The position numbers and the translations under genes are program-made. Of a stretch of DNA of 50,702 nt, positions 45,805 through 50,702 are shown in pieces. This DNA is from Aeromonadales bacterium. GTDB lineage: Bacteria; Pseudomonadota; Gammaproteobacteria; Enterobacterales; GCA-002770795. The notes beneath the pieces were generated by a model. That model was not told where the DNA came from. It made no database searches and was given only the letters and a program-made list of their open reading frames with translations. The number at the start of each line of letters is the position of its first letter. The stretch's first letter is position 1. The stretch is from contig DRNA01000172.1 in NCBI GenBank assembly GCA_011322365.1, forward strand, positions 1-50,702. Reading direction: 5' to 3'.

Positions 45805-48800
45805 CAGCTGGACTGCTCCGTGGTGATGCTTTCATCTTTATCAAAACCATAGGCAAACATGGGGACATAAATTAATGTTAACAGTGTACCTACGATCAAT
45901 CCGCCTACGGCTACATCGGCCAGTGGAGACAAACGTTCCAGACCAACGGCCTGTTCCAGTGCGATGGGGATCATGCCAGCGATGGTACCGAAAGCCGTCA
46001 TCATAACCGGCCTGAATCGAACCTTTACACTTTCCAGAGCGCTTTCAAATGCCGATTCTTTTAAGCGGAAATTTTGATAAAAATCGATTAATAACACCGC
46101 ATTTTTTATAATAATACCAAACAGTAACAGAATACCGATGAGACTGGGCATACAACTGGGCTTATCAAATATCAACATACCCCAGGATGCGCCAATCATG
46201 GAAAGTGGTAATACCACAATCATAATCAGTCCCAGTTTTACCGACTTATAAATAACAATTAAAGTTAATGCCAGAATAACAATTCCGATTGCAATGGCTT
46301 TAGTCATGCGCTGAAAACTATCATCCAGAGATACAATATCGCCTTCCTCACTGATGATAAAGCCAGCTGTGTCTACCTGCTCCAGTGCTTTATTTGCATC
46401 GTCGGTAATATGTGTGACAGGTCGAGTGGATCGATAGCCGTTGACATCAATGCTATAAAGCATCTGGTCCCGTTCAATTTTTGCCTGAGTCAGTTTATGT
46501 TTTACTCTGGCCACAGCATTGAGTGGAATTTCATCACCATTTGGCAGGTGCAGCAACATGGATTTCAGACTCTGGATATCTTCACTGAAACTTCCCTTCA
46601 GGTAAAGCCGGACATACTGCGTACTCATTGATGACAGGGAGCCACTTAATGAAAGTATCTGACCACTGATAGGGATCTGTCTGGCAATGGCGGCAGGGGT
46701 TAAACCGTAACTCAGGGCTTTATTGGCATCAATATCTAACTGAATCTCACTAAAATCACTATCCCAGCTTTTTGAAATACTGGTCAATCCTTTTACCGGC
46801 GTAAGGACTCGAGCTATCTTATCGGCAACTTCAGGGAGATTCTCATAATCACTGGATTTTATCCTGACATCCAGTGGTGCTTTAATAGAACTGATAGCCG
46901 TGGCACCAAAATCATACACGTCAACAATTTTGACACCTTTAAGCGTATGCAACTGGTCGCGTATTTCATCTTCCAGTTGCCAGAGTGTTTTCTTTCGTTC
47001 AAACCGATTCACTGCATTGATGGTAATGGTGGCTTCGGTAGGCAGATTACCACTTCCGAGAGAGAGTACGCCCATTTCTGAGCCAAAGGCCACAGAACTC
47101 ATTTTGATTTCCGCTAATCCATGTAACCATGTTAAGAAGGATTTTATATTTTTTTCAGCATCTTCAATGCGATCGTTGGAACTAAAAACAATATGTGCTT
47201 TGATGATGCCGGTATCCATTGGCGGCATGGTATCTTTGCCGATAATGGGCATGATATTTTTAACGCTTATAATTAATACGACTAAAACGCCAACGGTTAA
47301 CAGCACTTTACGCCATTTTGAATGACCACCATTGGTATATTTTAAAATGCCCACATAAGGTGTGACCAGGCGACCTACAGATTTCTGATACAAGCGTTCA
47401 AAAAATTTTTCAACTCGATTTTTACCCGTACCATTTTTGTAGAGGTAGACAGATAATTTTGGTATAAAAGTAATGGATAGAAAATAGGATACCAATAATG
47501 CAATAATTAAAGTGGCAATTAATGGACGGAAAATATATTGGGGAAAATCACCCACAAACATCAGCGGAAACATAATGACAATGGTGGCAATGGTACCGGC
47601 AAAGACCGGAGAGAGTACTTCTCGTGTGCCTTCCTTTATCGCTTTTTGCAGATCCTCATGTAGTTCGCCCAGGTGTCGTTCAATGTTTTCCAGCACCACA
47701 ACAGCGTCATCGACCAACATACCCAGAGCAAGAATAATGGCGGTATAAACAACAATATTCAGCTCGCCGCCAGTGAGGTAAATAATGCCCATGGTGCCAA
47801 AAAATACCAGAGGAATTGATAATCCGGCGGCGATAATGGCACGGAAATTCCCCAGAAAAAATAACAGCACAATTAAGGTATACATAATGGCATCGCGAAG
47901 GGCTTCCAGCATATTGGTGTTGGCGGTTTCTATCAGATCGCGTTGGGTATCACTGATTTGAAACTCAATTTGCGGATATTGCGCCTGCAGTTTTACTAAG
48001 TCTGCCCGTGCAGCTTTGCTGACATCAAGTACACTGCCACCGGGTGCTCTTTGTATGGCCAGGGCAATACCTTCTTTACCATTTCCCATGTAACCACTAA
48101 AGCGTTTTTGATAGCCCCAGTCAACACGGGCAATATCCTGTAGTTTGACGTTGGATGCAACGGCCAGTTGCTTCAGGTTTTCCACATTAGCCTTATCACC
48201 GTAATAGGTCAGGGTAAAAAAGCCCTCTTTACCTTTGATAAATCCAATGGGCATATCTTTGTTGGTTTCACTGATTACATTGGCCACCCGGGAAAAATCC
48301 AGACCGTATTTTTTTGCCTTGAGCGGGTCAACAATAATATTTATGGCACTCTGGTAACCACCAAACACCTCGACATTGCCTATGTTAGCGTTACTGAGTA
48401 GAAAGGGTTTGATAAAACTGTCTGCAATTTTACGGATATCTGCCAGTTGCAGGGTCTTATTTTTGGCCGTCAGGGTAATGACCTCAACTGGCAGGGTAAA
48501 GGCACCTACCGTGTAGATGGCAGGGTTGGCATTGGGAGGTAGCTTACTTCTGGCTATGGACAGGGCATTGCTCACATCAACCGCGGCGGCATCCAGCCCT
48601 TTTTGATATTCAAATTCGGCTTTTACAATGGAGAAATTAGCCACATTAACTGAACTGACTTCACGAATTAGCCCCAGACGGGAAATTTCTTCTTCAATGG
48701 GTTTTGATACCGTAGAAGCGGCCACTTTTGCCGTGGCACCGGGGATCTGGGTGATCACAATTACCTGTGGTCTTTCGGCATCGGGGAAAAGATTTTTTGG

Positions 48801-48890
48801 CATTTCAACCAGGCCCATAATGCCAATAATAAAAAACGCAGCAATCAGAGAAAAGGTCAGGTAGGGACGATCAAAGAAATAATTAAACAT
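45804..48890 (-). CDS. RND efflux transporter permease (AcrB/CzcA superfamily)
   Basis: 1028 aa with the 12-TM, two-large-periplasmic-loop layout and an N-terminus of the type MFNYFFDRPYLTFSLI. It lies downstream of an adaptor gene. Confidence 0.9.
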   Translation of the reverse strand: MFNYFFDRPYLTFSLIAAFFIIGIMGLVEMPKNLFPDAERPQVIVITQIPGATAKVAASTVSKPIEEEISRLGLIREVSSVNVANFSIVKAEFEYQKGLDAAAVDVSNALSIARSKLPPNANPAIYTVGAFTLPVEVITLTAKNKTLQLADIRKIADSFIKPFLLSNANIGNVEVFGGYQSAINIIVDPLKAKKYGLDFSRVANVISETNKDMPIGFIKGKEGFFTLTYYGDKANVENLKQLAVASNVKLQDIARVDWGYQKRFSGYMGNGKEGIALAIQRAPGGSVLDVSKAARADLVKLQAQYPQIEFQISDTQRDLIETANTNMLEALRDAIMYTLIVLLFFLGNFRAIIAAGLSIPLVFFGTMGIIYLTGGELNIVVYTAIILALGMLVDDAVVVLENIERHLGELHEDLQKAIKEGTREVLSPVFAGTIATIVIMFPLMFVGDFPQYIFRPLIATLIIALLVSYFLSITFIPKLSVYLYKNGTGKNRVEKFFERLYQKSVGRLVTPYVGILKYTNGGHSKWRKVLLTVGVLVVLIISVKNIMPIIGKDTMPPMDTGIIKAHIVFSSNDRIEDAEKNIKSFLTWLHGLAEIKMSSVAFGSEMGVLSLGSGNLPTEATITINAVNRFERKKTLWQLEDEIRDQLHTLKGVKIVDVYDFGATAISSIKAPLDVRIKSSDYENLPEVADKIARVLTPVKGLTSISKSWDSDFSEIQLDIDANKALSYGLTPAAIARQIPISGQILSLSGSLSSMSTQYVRLYLKGSFSEDIQSLKSMLLHLPNGDEIPLNAVARVKHKLTQAKIERDQMLYSIDVNGYRSTRPVTHITDDANKALEQVDTAGFIISEEGDIVSLDDSFQRMTKAIAIGIVILALTLIVIYKSVKLGLIMIVVLPLSMIGASWGMLIFDKPSCMPSLIGILLLFGIIIKNAVLLIDFYQNFRLKESAFESALESVKVRFRPVMMTAFGTIAGMIPIALEQAVGLERLSPLADVAVGGLIVGTLLTLIYVPMFAYGFDKDESITTEQSS

Positions 48891-48894
48891 CAGC

Positions 48895-49992
48895 TTACTC
48901 CTTGATATCAGCTCGGGCTATTCGGGATCCAGATAATAGCTTGAGCATAATATCTGGTTTAGCGAGCACATATTCTACCCCTGAAGCTATTCCTTTGATG
49001 ACATAGCCTTCACTACCATCAGCAATCACTGAGACCGGTTTAGCTACGGTTTTATCGCCTTCTACGGTGAGTAATAAATGTTGTTGATTAATGTTTAATA
49101 AGCCGTCAACCGGGATAAGAATTCCAGGCCCTTTATAAACCGTGAGCCTGACTTTTTGTCGACTGCCGGTGGGCAGGTTTGTCTGGGTAGGGCAACTGTA
49201 TTCATTAAGACCATTTAAGGTACTATGCAGGGAATGTAAATCGCAATATTCATTTTGGTAAATCAGTTCAAGGGGCTTAATTTGTTGCGCCACTCGTGTC
49301 ACAAAGCGTTTTTCAGTGCCTCCAGCCAGGCTCAGCAGCACCTTGCCACTATTGGCAATACCGCCACGCGAAACGAAGGTTTTACTTACCACACCATCAA
49401 AAGGCGCTTTGATACGGGTATAACTTAAAGTGTCCTGTAATTCCTTAATATTTTGAGATAAGGCAGCGGCATTATTTTTCATACCTTCGATGGTCGCTTT
49501 AAGGCTGATAATCTGTGAAGCCTCCGTGTCGTATTTATCTTGAGATACAGCCTGAATAGCTAACAATTCCCTGTTATGTTGATGTAATCTGATGAGATTC
49601 TGTAATTCAGACCTTTTGGCTTTGATCTGATTATTTACTTCACTGATTTTAAGTCTCAGCCCTTTTTCTCTGGCCTTTAAATCAGTGGCATCAATGGAAA
49701 CCAGTAAATCGCCTTTTTTAACTCTGCTACCTGCGGGTACAATAAATAGAATACGAGCGGTGACTTTGGATGCGATATTCACATCCGTATCGCTTTGCAC
49801 TTCTGCAAGGTAAGGTAAGGTTATCTGAGTTTCCGTCAGCCTGGTTTTTGCCGTGGAGACCACCACAGCATAGGTTTTTACGGGTGGGATCTGATTTAAG
49901 GCATTTTTTTTATGCTGGATTAAAGCAATACCTGAAATAATGATGAATAGCGCTACGCCATAACCCGTAATTTTAGTTTTTCTGGATAACAT
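48895..49992 (-). CDS. RND efflux periplasmic adaptor (membrane fusion protein)
   Basis: N-terminal TM anchor, a lipoyl/hairpin coiled-coil region (DLKAREKGLRLKISEVNNQIKAKRSELQN) and beta-barrel segments. Confidence 0.85.
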   Translation of the reverse strand: MLSRKTKITGYGVALFIIISGIALIQHKKNALNQIPPVKTYAVVVSTAKTRLTETQITLPYLAEVQSDTDVNIASKVTARILFIVPAGSRVKKGDLLVSIDATDLKAREKGLRLKISEVNNQIKAKRSELQNLIRLHQHNRELLAIQAVSQDKYDTEASQIISLKATIEGMKNNAAALSQNIKELQDTLSYTRIKAPFDGVVSKTFVSRGGIANSGKVLLSLAGGTEKRFVTRVAQQIKPLELIYQNEYCDLHSLHSTLNGLNEYSCPTQTNLPTGSRQKVRLTVYKGPGILIPVDGLLNINQQHLLLTVEGDKTVAKPVSVIADGSEGYVIKGIASGVEYVLAKPDIMLKLLSGSRIARADIKE

Positions 49993-50215
49993 ATCCCTGC
50001 CCTCAAGGTCGATTTAATAATTGTGTATTAGTATATCATAATATATGAATATATACATATACATTTTTTCATATGAGCATTGATTTAACCATGACTTACA
50101 TCAACTAAAATGGCCAATGCTCTTTAATTCTGCATCTTCAGGTATCATGGGTAACTTAGGCTGCATCATTAGTGTCAGTTTCGCCGTTGGTGGTTTTCTG
50201 ATAGTATCGATTCAA

Positions 50216-50702
50216 ATGACCCCGCCAGGAGTTAAGGTGTTATCCGATTCAGAAAAGTTACCGCTTGCTATCGCTCAGATTGCTCCGGTCTGGTTTAATC
50301 GTCAAGCTACTTTGCACAAAGTGCTTCAATATATTAGTGAAGCGGCCGAGCAAAAGTGCCAGTTAATTGTTTTTGGTGAAGCGCTGGTTCCTGGCTATCC
50401 CTTCTGGATAGAACGAACAAATGGTGCGAAATTTAATTGTGAAAGACAAAAATTGATTCAGGCAGAATATGCCAGGCAGGCGGTACAGATTGAACGGGGT
50501 GATCTGGATACACTGTGCCATGAGGCCAAAGATAAGCAGATTGCTGTATATCTGGGTATCATTGAGCGTCCAAAGGATCGTAGTGGGCATAGTCTGTATT
50601 GTTCGCTGGTTTATATTAATCAACAGGGTGAAATTAAATCCGTGCACCGGAAATTAATGCCCACCTATGAAGAAAGACTGAGTTGGGCCACAGGTGATGG
50701 GC
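50216..50702 (+). CDS. Nitrilase/CN-hydrolase family protein, 3' end outside the window
   Basis: Absent from the ORF track because there is no stop in the window. My translation reads ...LPLAIAQIAPVWFNRQATL...QLIVFGEALVPGYPFW...YCSLVYINQQGEIKSVHRKLMPTYEERL, with the catalytic Glu and Lys blocks. The start is ambiguous: ATG 50216, or GTG 50237 preceded by AGGAG. Confidence 0.75.
   Translation, partial: MTPPGVKVLSDSEKLPLAIAQIAPVWFNRQATLHKVLQYISEAAEQKCQLIVFGEALVPGYPFWIERTNGAKFNCERQKLIQAEYARQAVQIERGDLDTLCHEAKDKQIAVYLGIIERPKDRSGHSLYCSLVYINQQGEIKSVHRKLMPTYEERLSWATGDG

Overview
This 50.7 kb window looks like a moderately AT-rich (about 40% GC by eye) gammaproteobacterial-type chromosome. It is densely coding, with about 45 genes. 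I found no rRNA, tRNA, CRISPR array, transposase or integrase. All protein calls rest on motifs read from the supplied translations. No database search was run.

Gene content, left to right:
- A 5'-truncated glutamine-synthetase-family gene. It is separated from an aldehyde dehydrogenase and an Fe-alcohol dehydrogenase by a 2.8 kb two-gene cassette bracketed by long, structured inverted repeats.
- pqiABC, followed by a 1105-aa tricorn-type protease flanked by MITE copies.
- An unassigned four-gene operon: AhpD/CMD-like protein, VOC-bicupin, NSS transporter and 2OG-Fe(II) oxygenase.
- A metal(loid) block: arsR, a COG0701 permease, a thioredoxin-like protein, DUF2892, GAPDH-arsJ, then a translationally coupled merR, a MerR-type promoter, merC and merA.
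- A DUF1778/GNAT toxin-antitoxin pair, an orphan Rhs core remnant and a Sel1-repeat protein.
- A LytS/LytTR two-component pair, a small outer-membrane-like protein and a partly duplicated orphan GspF-like gene.
- glpQ-glpT, an S8 protease, monomeric isocitrate dehydrogenase, MAPEG, hemH, a CDF transporter, VIT1 and a MFP-RND efflux operon.
- A 3'-truncated nitrilase-family gene that is absent from the ORF track.

The signal least explained by ordinary annotation is the repeat pair at 1411-1789 and 3744-4201. Its roughly 110-150 nt multi-hairpin core differs between the two copies by compensatory base-pair changes and by self-contained hairpin-domain insertions. A nested-palindrome MITE family and short GTCATYC-type palindromes are scattered through the intergenic DNA.
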